This document shows positions 28,728 through 38,268 of a DNA stretch of 64,000 nt, one piece after another. The DNA lies in NCBI GenBank assembly GCA_963847625.1, contig CAWKAR010000003.1:64001-128000 (forward strand), written 5' to 3'. This stretch comes from a candidate division FCPU426 bacterium. GTDB lineage: Bacteria; Oederibacteriota; Muellerivitia; Muellerivitales; Muellerivitaceae. Under the pieces are notes generated by a model. The model was not told the origin of the DNA. It ran no database searches and was given only the letters and a program-made list of their open reading frames with translations. How positions within the stretch are numbered: the stretch's first letter is position 1; every line of letters begins with the position of its first letter. The position numbers were made by a program, and so were the translations under genes.

Positions 28728-31322
28728 TTATTTCCCTTCGGTTTTGGGGCCCACCTGGACCCAGGTCATTTGTTCCGATAACAGGTATTTCTTGGCCGTT
28801 TCTCCCAGCTGTTTCGCGGTGATGGCCTCGATTATTTTAGTAAATTTTTCCAGTGTTTCCGCCCCCATCCCCGAAAGGTGGTACTGGCCCAAGGCATAAA
28901 GCTGGGAACGGTTGGATTGGAGCCCGACCTGGAACAAACCCACCATGTAGGTTTTGGCCCTTTTCAAGTCCGTCCCCGAAATCCGGCCCAAGGCGAAGTT
29001 CTTCAGGACGTCCAAAAGTCCCTGCCGGGCGGATTCGGTCTTTTCCGGCGAACATCCCAGGTAAATCTGGTAAGCCCCCGCCAGGGCCGCCGCGTCGTGG
29101 GAGGCGTAAACGCTGTAGGCCAGGCTTCTTTTTTCCCTCAATTCCGCGAAAAGCTTTCCGCCCATGCCGTTCAACATGGTGTTGAGGAGGCGGAAGTTGA
29201 AGTAGTCTTTGGACTTTAAGTCCGGGGCGCGCAAGCCCAGGACCAGATTGGCCTGCTGGCTGTCGAGGGTCTCGGTGAGGAAACCGGATTCCGGGCCCGG
29301 GACTGCGGCGGGCGCCGGGGCGGGTTTATTTTGGTTCGGGATATCCGTCATGCTTTGGTTTAAAAGTTTTATCAGGTTCCCCGGTTCGAAATCGCCTACC
29401 ACCACCCAGGTCATTTGGGAGGCGTCCAGGTACTTTCCGTGCCAGTCCTTCACGTCCTTCGTCGTCGTACCGGAAACGCTTTTTTCCGTCCCGACGGGCA
29501 TGTGGGCGTAGGGCGTGTTCCTGAAAGTCAGGACATCCGATTGCAGCATGGCGTACTCGGAAGGGTCGTCCTTCAGGCGCCGGATGTTGGCAAGCTGGAT
29601 TTTCTTTTCCTTCTCCACTTCCGCCTCGGCAAAGGCGGGTTCCAATAAACCCTCGGCTAGGAGGCTGTACGCCTCCTCGAACCGGGAAGAAAGCACTTCC
29701 AGGCTGACCCCCCAAAAATCCTTCTCCATGAAGGGATCCAACTGGGCGGCCAGGCCCTCTACTTTTTTGGAGAATTCCTCGTGGTTCTTCCGGCGGGTGC
29801 CTTTCAGGAGGCATTTGGTCATCAGGTGGGTGATTCCAAAGTTGGTTTCGGTTTCATCCACGAACCCGCCCCTCAGAAAAACGCCCAGTGAAACGATCGG
29901 CAGGTTTGTGCGGGGCCGCAGGAGCAAAGTGGAGCCGTTGGCCAGGGTGATCGTCTGGGTCGGAGAATCGCCTGAAAAGCCCGGCTTGGCCGTCTTCGCG
30001 GGGGCGGAATAAGACCGGGACAGGAGGGTTTGCAATCGCGAGGGGCTGGACTTTCCCTTTTGCCCGCGGGGATGGTAAACCACCAGGGTCGCCCGGGCGG
30101 GATGGAGGTATTTCCCGGCGACCCTTTGCAGGTCGCCGCTGGTGACCGCTTCCAGGGCTTTCAAGTATTCCTCTTCCTTGCGGTAATCCCCCAGTAGTTC
30201 CCAGTAACCCAGGGACTTGGCTTGGCCGTCCACGCTTTGCTTCTCGAATATCTTGGAGGCCCTCAGTTTGTTTTTAACCTTGGCTAATTCCTCCTCAGAA
30301 ACCCCCCGCCGGTTAAGCTCGCGGACTTCCGCCATGATGTCGCAAAGAAACGGTTCCAGCCGCTTCTGGTCCGTCAGCCCTTGGACCACGAAAGCTCCCC
30401 CGTACTTCCCCAGGAAATGGTCGGTCCCGACTTCGTCGGCGGATTGTTTCGCCTCCCGGACCGAAATGTTCAGACGGCTGGAATTGCCGTCCCCCAACAC
30501 TGAATCCAGCACTTCCATGGCCGGCGCGTCCGACTCGAAGAGGGAAACGGAGGGAAATCCCAATGAAACGTAGGTCTGTTGGACGTCCCCTTCCTCCCAC
30601 CGCATCCGTAGCCCGGAGGGTTTGGGTTCCCGGAGAAAGTGTCTTTTGGGGGCCGTCCGCGACGATCCCATCTTGAACATTTCTTTGGTCCACCTAATCA
30701 CGTCCCGGGTCTGGACGTCCCCCACGACCGCTACCACGGTGTTCCGGGGCACGTAATGGGTTTGGTAATACCTCATCAGGCTTTCCCGGGGGACTTTGCG
30801 CAGGATACCGGGATCGCCGATCACAGGCCACCGGTAGGGGTTTTTCCGGAACAAGGTCCTGAACATCAGCTCCCAGGACCAGCTCCAGGGGTCGTCCCGC
30901 CGCATGCGCATTTCCTCGAAAACGACCTCTTTTTCCTTTTCCAGCTCGGAGGCGTCGAAGGTGGAATTGAAATAAGCGTCGAACTCGACGTCCATGGCCT
31001 TGCGGATTTGCTGCTTGGGAAGAACGACGAAAAAACAGGTGTGTTCGAAGCTCGTGAAAGCATTCAGGTAGCCGCCCGCGCCCTCCACCTCCCGGGAAAT
31101 CGCCCCCACGCCCCGGCGCTTGGTTCCCTTGAAAATCATGTGCTCGATGAGGTGGGCCATGCCCCTTTCGTCGGGCCTTTCGTCGACGGAACCGGCCTCG
31201 ACCCAGATATTGAGGGACACCACGGGGTTGGAACGGGTTTCCTTCACGAGGAGCGTGGCGCCGTTGGGCAGGCGCACCCTTGTCACTTCATCCCCGGATA
31301 AAAGGTTGTTGTTTTTGCCCAT
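28728..31322 (-). CDS. M16 (pitrilysin-like) zinc peptidase
   Basis: HxxEH (HLIEHMIFKGT), NAFTS; second half degenerate (HLMTK). Confidence 0.92.
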   Translation of the reverse strand: MGKNNNLLSGDEVTRVRLPNGATLLVKETRSNPVVSLNIWVEAGSVDERPDERGMAHLIEHMIFKGTKRRGVGAISREVEGAGGYLNAFTSFEHTCFFVVLPKQQIRKAMDVEFDAYFNSTFDASELEKEKEVVFEEMRMRRDDPWSWSWELMFRTLFRKNPYRWPVIGDPGILRKVPRESLMRYYQTHYVPRNTVVAVVGDVQTRDVIRWTKEMFKMGSSRTAPKRHFLREPKPSGLRMRWEEGDVQQTYVSLGFPSVSLFESDAPAMEVLDSVLGDGNSSRLNISVREAKQSADEVGTDHFLGKYGGAFVVQGLTDQKRLEPFLCDIMAEVRELNRRGVSEEELAKVKNKLRASKIFEKQSVDGQAKSLGYWELLGDYRKEEEYLKALEAVTSGDLQRVAGKYLHPARATLVVYHPRGQKGKSSPSRLQTLLSRSYSAPAKTAKPGFSGDSPTQTITLANGSTLLLRPRTNLPIVSLGVFLRGGFVDETETNFGITHLMTKCLLKGTRRKNHEEFSKKVEGLAAQLDPFMEKDFWGVSLEVLSSRFEEAYSLLAEGLLEPAFAEAEVEKEKKIQLANIRRLKDDPSEYAMLQSDVLTFRNTPYAHMPVGTEKSVSGTTTKDVKDWHGKYLDASQMTWVVVGDFEPGNLIKLLNQSMTDIPNQNKPAPAPAAVPGPESGFLTETLDSQQANLVLGLRAPDLKSKDYFNFRLLNTMLNGMGGKLFAELREKRSLAYSVYASHDAAALAGAYQIYLGCSPEKTESARQGLLDVLKNFALGRISGTDLKRAKTYMVGLFQVGLQSNRSQLYALGQYHLSGMGAETLEKFTKIIEAITAKQLGETAKKYLLSEQMTWVQVGPKTEGK

Positions 31323-31390
31323 GGATCCTCGTCCCTATTCCAGTTTAGATAATATTAGTGCATGCCAATCTCACTGCCTAAAACACTTAG

Positions 31391-31494
31391 GACATTGGTA
31401 CTGTGCCATTTTCGTTAATTATTTATTCAAATGGATAAATGGTGCGTGCCGATAATCCTTATTAAAAGCAAATAAAGACATCGGTACTGCGCCA
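31391..31494. repeat. Imperfect 18-bp direct repeat 3' of tRNA-Leu
   Basis: GACATTGGTACTGTGCCA (31391) and GACATCGGTACTGCGCCA (31477), 16/18 identical. Confidence 0.65.
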
Positions 31495-31529
31495 ACCCTT
31501 TTATTACAATTTTATTTAATAATGAAAGT

Positions 31530-31616
31530 TGGTGCGGAAGGGGGGAGTTGAACCCCCATGAGGTTGCCCCCGCTAGAACCTGAATCTAGTGCGTCTGCCA
31601 ATTTCGCCACTTCCGC
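31530..31616 (-). tRNA. tRNA-Leu (CAG)
   Basis: GCGGAAG/CTTCCGC acceptor stem, CTAGA-TTCAGGT-TCTAG anticodon arm, long variable arm, GGTTCAACTCC, encoded CCA. Confidence 0.97.
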
Positions 31617-31729
31617 GTTAGGAAAAAACTTTTTGAAAATCTCGTAAAAGCCTTATGCTACAACAATTTCCGAACATCGTCCAAAAATACTTTTTTTCGT
31701 TCCATAAAAGTGAACCTCAAAAATACCCC

Positions 31730-31868
31730 TCCGTGTCTTATACGTGTCTTTCGTTTCCCGGAAAGCGAAATTTGTCGGTGTCTTATTCGGTCACTTTTCG
31801 GAAAAATTTTATCCGGCCCCCTCTCCGTGAAGTTTCAAAACACCCGTCCGTGTCTTATACGTGTCTTT
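31730..31868. repeat. 22-bp direct repeats (likely integrase arm-type sites)
   Basis: TCCGTGTCTTATACGTGTCTTT at 31730 and 31847, partial copy near 31775; GTGTCTT units 11 bp apart. Confidence 0.8.
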
Positions 31869-32960
31869 GGGATATTTGGAAGAGGGTTCAAAGCGAGTAT
31901 TATTCGCATCCACGAAGCCCCGGACCCTTTCCAAGGCTTCCAGCCGGTCCACCCGGTCCACTTGGTCATACCTCCTAAACATCGCGTGGGTCTTGTGGCC
32001 TGTAATGCTCATAATGACGCCTTCCGGAACGCCCGCCTTCCGCATATTCGTCACCGCGCAGTGGCGAAGATCGTGAAAATGAAAATCCTTCAATCCTGCC
32101 TTCCTGCAAGCGGTCTTAAATGCGGACCTCATATCCGTCAGCTTTTGACGCCTATAAGTGAAAACATACGGGCAACCCAAAACCCTCGGGATCTTCTTGA
32201 GAATTGTTCTTAGGTTTTCATCAAGGGGTATTTCCCTTTTCGCCTGGGTTTTCGTGTCTTCCGCCTCAAGCGTGATGATCCCTTGTTGAATATCCACTTG
32301 CTTAAACTCCAGCCCCATGATTTCACCCTTCCGCATTCCGGTAAAGTAAGCCAGCTCCACAATGGGTTTAAGGTGCATGGGACAATTCTCAATAAGGCTT
32401 TGGTATTGCTCAGGGGTAAGGGTCTTATCCCTTGGAGTTTCCTTAAAGAGCCTCAGGCCTTCAAGGGGATTCCTGTCGATTTGCCTGTTTAACAACGCCC
32501 TTCGGGCGATGGTCTTCAAGCAAGACAGGTCCCGATTAAGGGTCGTGCCCGTTAATTCCTTCCAGTGTTTATTGCCCTCTTTCCTCCTCCAGTTCAAGTA
32601 TTTTTCCACCAGGTCCAGGTTGATGCTCTCAAAAGCCCTGTTGCCGAAAAAAGCCTTGAGATTCCTAACGTAAAACCTGTCCTGCTGGAAACTTTTCTTC
32701 CTGGATTCGGAATAGGCCAAAAACGCGTCAGCAGCCTCGTTGAACGTTATTTTCGGCATTTCGACAGCCAAAAACTTGCCTTCAACGATGGTTTGCATGT
32801 GCTGGGCCAGCACCTTCTTGGCTTTTTCCAAGGGCACTTGTCCCAACCGGACCCTTTTCCTCTTTCTTAATCCCTCCTCCTGGACCACATAATCCAGATA
32901 GTATCCCCCTTCATCCTTTCGAAGATGTTGGGGTAAACCACGAACATTAGGTCTGCTCAT
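31809..32960 (-). CDS. Tyrosine recombinase/integrase
   Basis: Complete catalytic set: TGMRKGE, DTKT, HDLRH, GHKT, FRRY. Confidence 0.95.
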   Translation of the reverse strand: MSRPNVRGLPQHLRKDEGGYYLDYVVQEEGLRKRKRVRLGQVPLEKAKKVLAQHMQTIVEGKFLAVEMPKITFNEAADAFLAYSESRKKSFQQDRFYVRNLKAFFGNRAFESINLDLVEKYLNWRRKEGNKHWKELTGTTLNRDLSCLKTIARRALLNRQIDRNPLEGLRLFKETPRDKTLTPEQYQSLIENCPMHLKPIVELAYFTGMRKGEIMGLEFKQVDIQQGIITLEAEDTKTQAKREIPLDENLRTILKKIPRVLGCPYVFTYRRQKLTDMRSAFKTACRKAGLKDFHFHDLRHCAVTNMRKAGVPEGVIMSITGHKTHAMFRRYDQVDRVDRLEALERVRGFVDANNTRFEPSSKYPKDTYKTRTGVLKLHGEGAG

Positions 32961-33235
32961 TGTCCTCTCCTAATGTTCCTAGCAGAATTTATTTTAACAG
33001 GATTAGGCTCAATTTCCAAAGCCCCATTACCTGGGGGTTTATGGAACGTCCTTTGGAAATCCGAAAGCCATATCCTGGGATGTCGTCCGACTTTCACACA
33101 AGGCAAAGTGCCGGAATTTCGCCAGAATCGGACGGTACGCACCGGCACCTTTGCCATGAGGGCCACCTCTTCGTCCGTCATAAGGTCATCCTCCTCCCTT
33201 TTCCTTCTCTCGCTTCTTCTTCTATCCATCATCAT
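32957..33235 (-). CDS. Excisionase-like HTH protein
   Basis: LMTDEEVA...VPVRTVRFWRNSGTLPCVKVGR; ATGA overlap with the integrase. Confidence 0.8.
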   Translation of the reverse strand: MMMDRRRSERRKREEDDLMTDEEVALMAKVPVRTVRFWRNSGTLPCVKVGRHPRIWLSDFQRTFHKPPGNGALEIEPNPVKINSARNIRRGQ

Positions 33236-33286
33236 TGTTTTCCTGAAATGACTTGATAAGACTCAAAATCATCTGTTTTTTAAAAC

Positions 33287-33589
33287 TCAAGGGTTGCCTG
33301 GGGCCGATTCCTTCTTTTCGGCTTTCTTCTTGAATTCGGCTACAGCTGCCTTCTCTATTTCCGCCTTTGCCTTTTTGTTGGCGTTGCAAAAGTGGAAATA
33401 CTCCCCTTCCTTTTTGCCCGGCCTGGACGGGAAACCCACGAATAACCCATCCCCATCCTTCTTCTTCACCAATGTCAGGTCATTGAAGTAGAACTCATAA
33501 CTGGCAATGGCGACCTTCACGTCGAAAAACGCCTGCGTGTTCTCCCCTTCATAGGGGTACATCCTCGTAACCTTGACCTTTAAAGCCAT
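33287..33589 (-). CDS. SpoVG-like nucleic-acid-binding protein
   Basis: AFFDV, GLFVGFPSR, GEY and EIEKAAVAEF match the SpoVG pattern. Confidence 0.75.
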   Translation of the reverse strand: MALKVKVTRMYPYEGENTQAFFDVKVAIASYEFYFNDLTLVKKKDGDGLFVGFPSRPGKKEGEYFHFCNANKKAKAEIEKAAVAEFKKKAEKKESAPGNP

Positions 33590-33624
33590 GTGCTTCCTCC
33601 TTGAATTTTTTACTAACAGCCCAG

Positions 33625-35097
33625 CTACTTCTTCTTCGGCACCTCCTTGTCGGCAAGGGTGTTCCTGGCAAATTCCAAAGCATCGTTCCTCCCCTTCTCA
33701 TTGGCTGTTTCCAAATAGACCCACCAATTAGGGGAGCCTTTCTTGGTGGAATACTCGTGGAGGATTTCGAGAAGTTCAGGTGTGTATTTGATTGGTTTAG
33801 CCCCATTGCTCCTGGGCGTTCCCCTGAAGACCACCGTGTTCCGGCCTGAATCTTTAGCGGTATAAAGTCCGTGATCCGCCGCCGTAATAATTCCTTCCAG
33901 GTTGGTGCCGTCTTCCCCCCACTCAACTAGGGCTTGGCTAATGGTCACCGGGTAGTGGATGAGAAATAGATCGTCCTTCTTGTGATCGAAACCGTCCGTA
34001 AAGTGCCGGATGTCTTCCTTCTGGATGATTTCATTAGTCTCCGTCACCACCTTTCCCTCACAGTGCTTCCTGAATTCCTCCGCTTTTTCCATCGCTTCTT
34101 CTTCTGTCCCATCCAGCACCCAGACAATTTCCTCGCCGCCATACCTCCATATCCTGTTTTTGGTGAAGATTTGCTGGCCCGCCTTGGCCAAGGCTTTCAA
34201 GACGGCGTTTCCGACCTGGTGGTTGTAGTGGACGTCGTTGAAGGATTTGAAGAAGTCAATATCAGCCATCGCCAGAAAAAATTGGTTCTTCCTCCTAGCG
34301 GCCAAGGCGGGTATTTGCTGGACTGCCGCCCGGTCATTCAAAAGTCCCGTTCGATGATCCACCAAGGTTTCCTGCACTAAATCCTCCTGGGTGGTCTGGG
34401 TTTCCGATTCGGCCCTCATCTCCTTTTCCAGAAAGGGATCGAAAATTTGTGCGAAAAGCCATTTGAGGGGTTTGACCTTTTTCAGCTTCCCCAAGGCCTC
34501 ATTTCTTCTTTTCTTTTTAGCCATTTCATATAGGCGGGTAATTTTGGGGTCGCTAACGCCTGCCTGCATGAGGGTCGTGCAAAGGGTGATGGTGCGATGG
34601 AATTGGCCGCAGGCGTAATGGGAAACAGCCAAAAGGGTCAAATAGTTGTAGTTCTTGGGATACCTCAGGCTCAAAGTCTCGAACTTCTCCACGGCGGTTT
34701 CATATTTCCCGGTGCGAATGCACAATTCCGCCTCCAAAGCCACGGCATCGGGGAAATCCCTCTTCATGGCGAAAATCTCCCCTAAGCTTTCCCGGCAATC
34801 CGAATTGAGGCCCATTTGGAATTGGGCACGCGCAAGCAATACGAGGCTTTCAGGTGTCTTGGGGGAAAAGTTGTGGAGCCGATTGATCACCTTGAGGATG
34901 GAATGGGGTTGTTTGTACCTGGCGTAAATTTTGGCCGCTTCCAGGTGGGCTTCCACGTTCTGGGGCTGATGATTGGAGATAACCTCGTCAAAAAGCTTCA
35001 AGGCTTCCTTGAAACGGTTCGTCTCCATGCATAAATGCGCCGATTGAAGGCACCGCCTGGCCAATTCCGGGTTTATCTGCAATACGTTTTCTTCCAT
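33625..35097 (-). CDS. TPR-GGDEF dinucleotide cyclase
   Basis: N-terminal TPRs; DHRTGLLN, DIDFFKSFND, RYGGEEI, ADHGLYTAKDSGRN. Confidence 0.9.
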   Translation of the reverse strand: MEENVLQINPELARRCLQSAHLCMETNRFKEALKLFDEVISNHQPQNVEAHLEAAKIYARYKQPHSILKVINRLHNFSPKTPESLVLLARAQFQMGLNSDCRESLGEIFAMKRDFPDAVALEAELCIRTGKYETAVEKFETLSLRYPKNYNYLTLLAVSHYACGQFHRTITLCTTLMQAGVSDPKITRLYEMAKKKRRNEALGKLKKVKPLKWLFAQIFDPFLEKEMRAESETQTTQEDLVQETLVDHRTGLLNDRAAVQQIPALAARRKNQFFLAMADIDFFKSFNDVHYNHQVGNAVLKALAKAGQQIFTKNRIWRYGGEEIVWVLDGTEEEAMEKAEEFRKHCEGKVVTETNEIIQKEDIRHFTDGFDHKKDDLFLIHYPVTISQALVEWGEDGTNLEGIITAADHGLYTAKDSGRNTVVFRGTPRSNGAKPIKYTPELLEILHEYSTKKGSPNWWVYLETANEKGRNDALEFARNTLADKEVPKKK

Positions 35098-35101
35098 ATG
35101 G

Positions 35102-35698
35102 CTAAAACCTCTGGAAATCCGTCACGATCAGCTTTCCGTTCTCCCGTTTGACCACCACCACCAGGTGGAATGGCAACTCGATCTGGGAACCAGGCCCCCT
35201 GGCGTCCGAGTTGTAAAGGTTCTTCCCTATGACCTTCACCCAATAGTGAGTCCCGTCCGTGTTCTCCACACTTGAGCGGTCGATCTGCTGGTAGGAGACG
35301 TAGGCCTTGGTATCAGTAAGGAAAGCGACCCACTTGGGGTCTAGGAACGCCTCCTGGTAATAGGACATCATGTTGTCGCTCATGAGGTTCGCCACCTTGT
35401 CCACTTGGCGGTTGATGTCGGTGTAGCTGATGTTGAAAGCCATGATGGAAAACTTCTCGGCAAAGTCCGTTATGTCCCTGTATTGGGGGTCCTTATCCCC
35501 CGCCTGGGATTTCTCCCCGGTAACCTCTTTCTTGGAATCAGCCACATGTCCTGACCTTCCCCAAAACAGGGTGGAACCAAAACCGACCAGGGCAATAACG
35601 ATTCCAAAGATGATTTTTCCGGCATAACCCTTTTTCTCGGGTTCTTTATCGAGGAGATCAAGAATGTCATGTCCGTCTTCCTTTTTAGGTTCTGTCAT
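35102..35698 (-). CDS. VirB8-like bitopic membrane protein
   Basis: Single TM then an alpha+beta NTF2-like pattern ending KLIVTDF; directly after virB4. Confidence 0.55.
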   Translation of the reverse strand: MTEPKKEDGHDILDLLDKEPEKKGYAGKIIFGIVIALVGFGSTLFWGRSGHVADSKKEVTGEKSQAGDKDPQYRDITDFAEKFSIMAFNISYTDINRQVDKVANLMSDNMMSYYQEAFLDPKWVAFLTDTKAYVSYQQIDRSSVENTDGTHYWVKVIGKNLYNSDARGPGSQIELPFHLVVVVKRENGKLIVTDFQRF

Positions 35699-38268
35699 TT
35701 CATTACGACCCTATCCGGTTTATGGACAACCGGCTGCCCGTTTTTTTCCTTTGGGGCGGGTTTCAAGACGGTTTTGTTTTCCTTGTCCTCAATCCACTTG
35801 GCGATGGCCCCCAAAGTCGTAACCGGGTCCTCATCAGGGGCGTAAGTTTCCAGGTATTGATCGCGGATGGCGGCTTCTGGGCCATAGGTGGTTGCGATGT
35901 GGTAGGCCAGTTCGTCGGGATAGATGTTCACGATTCCCTGTCGGAGAGTCTGGTGGATCAGGGCTTGGGAATAGACACCTTTCACCAAATGCAGATTCAT
36001 GACCTTTTCCACTTGGTTTGGGTTTAGTTGTAAGAGTCCTTTGGCGTGGTCGATGTCATCCCCGACCAGCTTCAAGAGGATTTTTGTGGAGGTGTTCTTG
36101 AGGATGGCCTCAACACCCTTCACCCCGAAAAACTCCCCGATTTCCTGGGTGGCGAAAATGGGCTGGAGCCTCAAATGCCTGGCGGTTTTGGCAATCCTGA
36201 GAAGGAAGGCTAATCCAGCCGGGTATTGGGCCAGGTACCAGCACTCATCCATAGCAAGTTGGGATAACCGGTTCAGTTCCTTGTTCTGTTTGGCCTTCGA
36301 TAGGCAGTAATTGGAAATGACGAATACCGCCAAACCCACGGCTTTTTTGTCGTTGTCGCTGATGCCCGACGTGTCAAAAACAATGAAGGAATTGTCAGCT
36401 TTTACGGTGGATTCCCTATCCGTCAGGTTGGCGTACATCCCTTTGCCGGTGAAAAGCTTTAAAACCTCGGCTTGCTTGCGGCAGATATATTGAAACTCGG
36501 CGGGAACTTTCTTGTCGTCTGCGGTCTTCAATAAGGTTTCTTTTAGGTCGGTTAATAGGGGCACCCGCCCCTCGCCAATAGTGTTCCGGTAGGTTTGCTT
36601 GACGGCCTCCTGAAGAAGGGCCTTGTCCAATTCCTCTGATTCCTCAATGCGGTTGTCCTTGATGTTGGCCAGCACCACTCCCAGGTACATGATGATGCTT
36701 GAAATATGCTCCGAGTCGATTTCACCCTCCTTTTCCTTTATCTCGTCCAGGGGATAATCAAAGATATTCAGGTGGTGTTTGCTGTCCAGGTCGTAATTGA
36801 GGTATCTGCCCCCAGCCAACCGGCAAAGGGTTTTATACGATTGGGATTTGTCGATGATCATGATGTAGGGATTCATGGGAAGGTTCTTGATGAGAAGCTG
36901 GTTGATCGAAAAGGATTTCCCCGTGCCGGATGAACCCACGACAAGCACGTTCCAGTTCTCGGTTTCCCTGCCCCAAAGGTTCAAATGAACCATTTCGCCC
37001 GATAGGGTTTTTCCCAAGGGAACCCCGTCGGTATCGGCCAGGGATTCATATAAACAAGGAACTGCGTTGGCCATGACCGCCGTGGCCTGGAGATGCTCGT
37101 GGCCTGCAACATCCGTGGCTTGTGGAATAGTTGAAAGAAACAATCGTTTTTGTTCCGCGTAGCCTGAAAGGGGATGGACGTTCTTGAACATCCGGGAAAG
37201 GCTCTCATAACTTGAGGAAAGTTCCTTTTGGCTTTTGGAAAACAGGGTGATATAGAGGGAGAATTTGGCGAGTGATGTTTTCCTCTCGGAAACCAGTGAA
37301 AGGACGCTTTGGCGGTAATCCAGAGCCGCCTGGGCCTCGAAGTTCATGACGTTCTGGCGTTTCCACAAGGCCCCTTGGTCGCTTTGGATCTGTTTTTCAA
37401 CGATGGATTGTGCGCGGAACAGATCCACCCCTTTGATATAGAAGGAAACCTTGAAATCGTCGGTTCGTTCATAAAGTTCCTGGAAAAACAGGTTCTGCTC
37501 GTTGAAGGATGGGAATTCAGTCACATAAAGGGTTTTCCCATAGGTTTCACCCACTTTAAAAAACTTGGGGTCACTGAAATCCCAAGGAGTGGTGGAAAGG
37601 ATTTCACGCAAGGTTTGAATCCCGTATTCACCCCCTGAATAACCCGATGTTTTCTTGAACCTGTCGGGATTCCCCTGGAATCTTTCGAGGGACAGTTCTT
37701 CATATAAAAGGGTGAAGATTTCCTCTTCAGTTGCTTCCTGGGGCTCCAGACCTACGATGTTGAGTTGCGATACCCAGGATTTCCCCCGTCTGAGGACTTC
37801 CTCAATTGGGGAAACGTTCGTTTCCTTCTTCTTTTTTGCATCCATGCGTGTTTGAACTGTGAAGAGAACGTATGACCTGAAATGGCAAATCCTTTCATCC
37901 GCATAGAACCGCCTGAGCCAATTACCCAGGAATTCCGGGTACTGGTTCCTGAAAATTTCTGGTGCATTCTCGTGAATTCTTTCGTTATATCGTTGAATAA
38001 CATCCTCAACGTCGGCCAAAACCCTTTTTGTCAGGAATTGGACTTCCTCTCCGCTCCTCAAATCAGCCAGTACCGAGTCCAACTTCCTGACCTTTTCCCC
38101 CAACACTTCCGGGTCTTCCATCCAAGGGTTCAACCCACCGGCTAACTTGAATAGGCAGGCGTATTGGTCCGGGCTCCTCAAGACGAGGTATCCCGGCCCC
38201 ACCGACCGGATTCTCAACAACCCGGCGACAGGGTTGTTTCTGGTTTTTGATCCGAATAATCCCCTCAT
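35695..38268 (-). CDS. virB4: VirB4-family T4SS ATPase
   Basis: 857 aa; Walker A GSSGTGKS, IIDK, Walker B AMDECW, ARHLRLQPIFATQ. Confidence 0.85.
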   Translation of the reverse strand: MRGLFGSKTRNNPVAGLLRIRSVGPGYLVLRSPDQYACLFKLAGGLNPWMEDPEVLGEKVRKLDSVLADLRSGEEVQFLTKRVLADVEDVIQRYNERIHENAPEIFRNQYPEFLGNWLRRFYADERICHFRSYVLFTVQTRMDAKKKKETNVSPIEEVLRRGKSWVSQLNIVGLEPQEATEEEIFTLLYEELSLERFQGNPDRFKKTSGYSGGEYGIQTLREILSTTPWDFSDPKFFKVGETYGKTLYVTEFPSFNEQNLFFQELYERTDDFKVSFYIKGVDLFRAQSIVEKQIQSDQGALWKRQNVMNFEAQAALDYRQSVLSLVSERKTSLAKFSLYITLFSKSQKELSSSYESLSRMFKNVHPLSGYAEQKRLFLSTIPQATDVAGHEHLQATAVMANAVPCLYESLADTDGVPLGKTLSGEMVHLNLWGRETENWNVLVVGSSGTGKSFSINQLLIKNLPMNPYIMIIDKSQSYKTLCRLAGGRYLNYDLDSKHHLNIFDYPLDEIKEKEGEIDSEHISSIIMYLGVVLANIKDNRIEESEELDKALLQEAVKQTYRNTIGEGRVPLLTDLKETLLKTADDKKVPAEFQYICRKQAEVLKLFTGKGMYANLTDRESTVKADNSFIVFDTSGISDNDKKAVGLAVFVISNYCLSKAKQNKELNRLSQLAMDECWYLAQYPAGLAFLLRIAKTARHLRLQPIFATQEIGEFFGVKGVEAILKNTSTKILLKLVGDDIDHAKGLLQLNPNQVEKVMNLHLVKGVYSQALIHQTLRQGIVNIYPDELAYHIATTYGPEAAIRDQYLETYAPDEDPVTTLGAIAKWIEDKENKTVLKPAPKEKNGQPVVHKPDRVVMK

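Noticed and set aside
31440..31446. TGGTGCG as a duplicated tRNA 3' end (att site)
   Set aside because: Only a 7-bp match, expected by chance.
31730..31868. Direct repeats as a mini CRISPR array
   Set aside because: Only two full copies, 95 bp between them, one inside the integrase ORF, and no cas genes.
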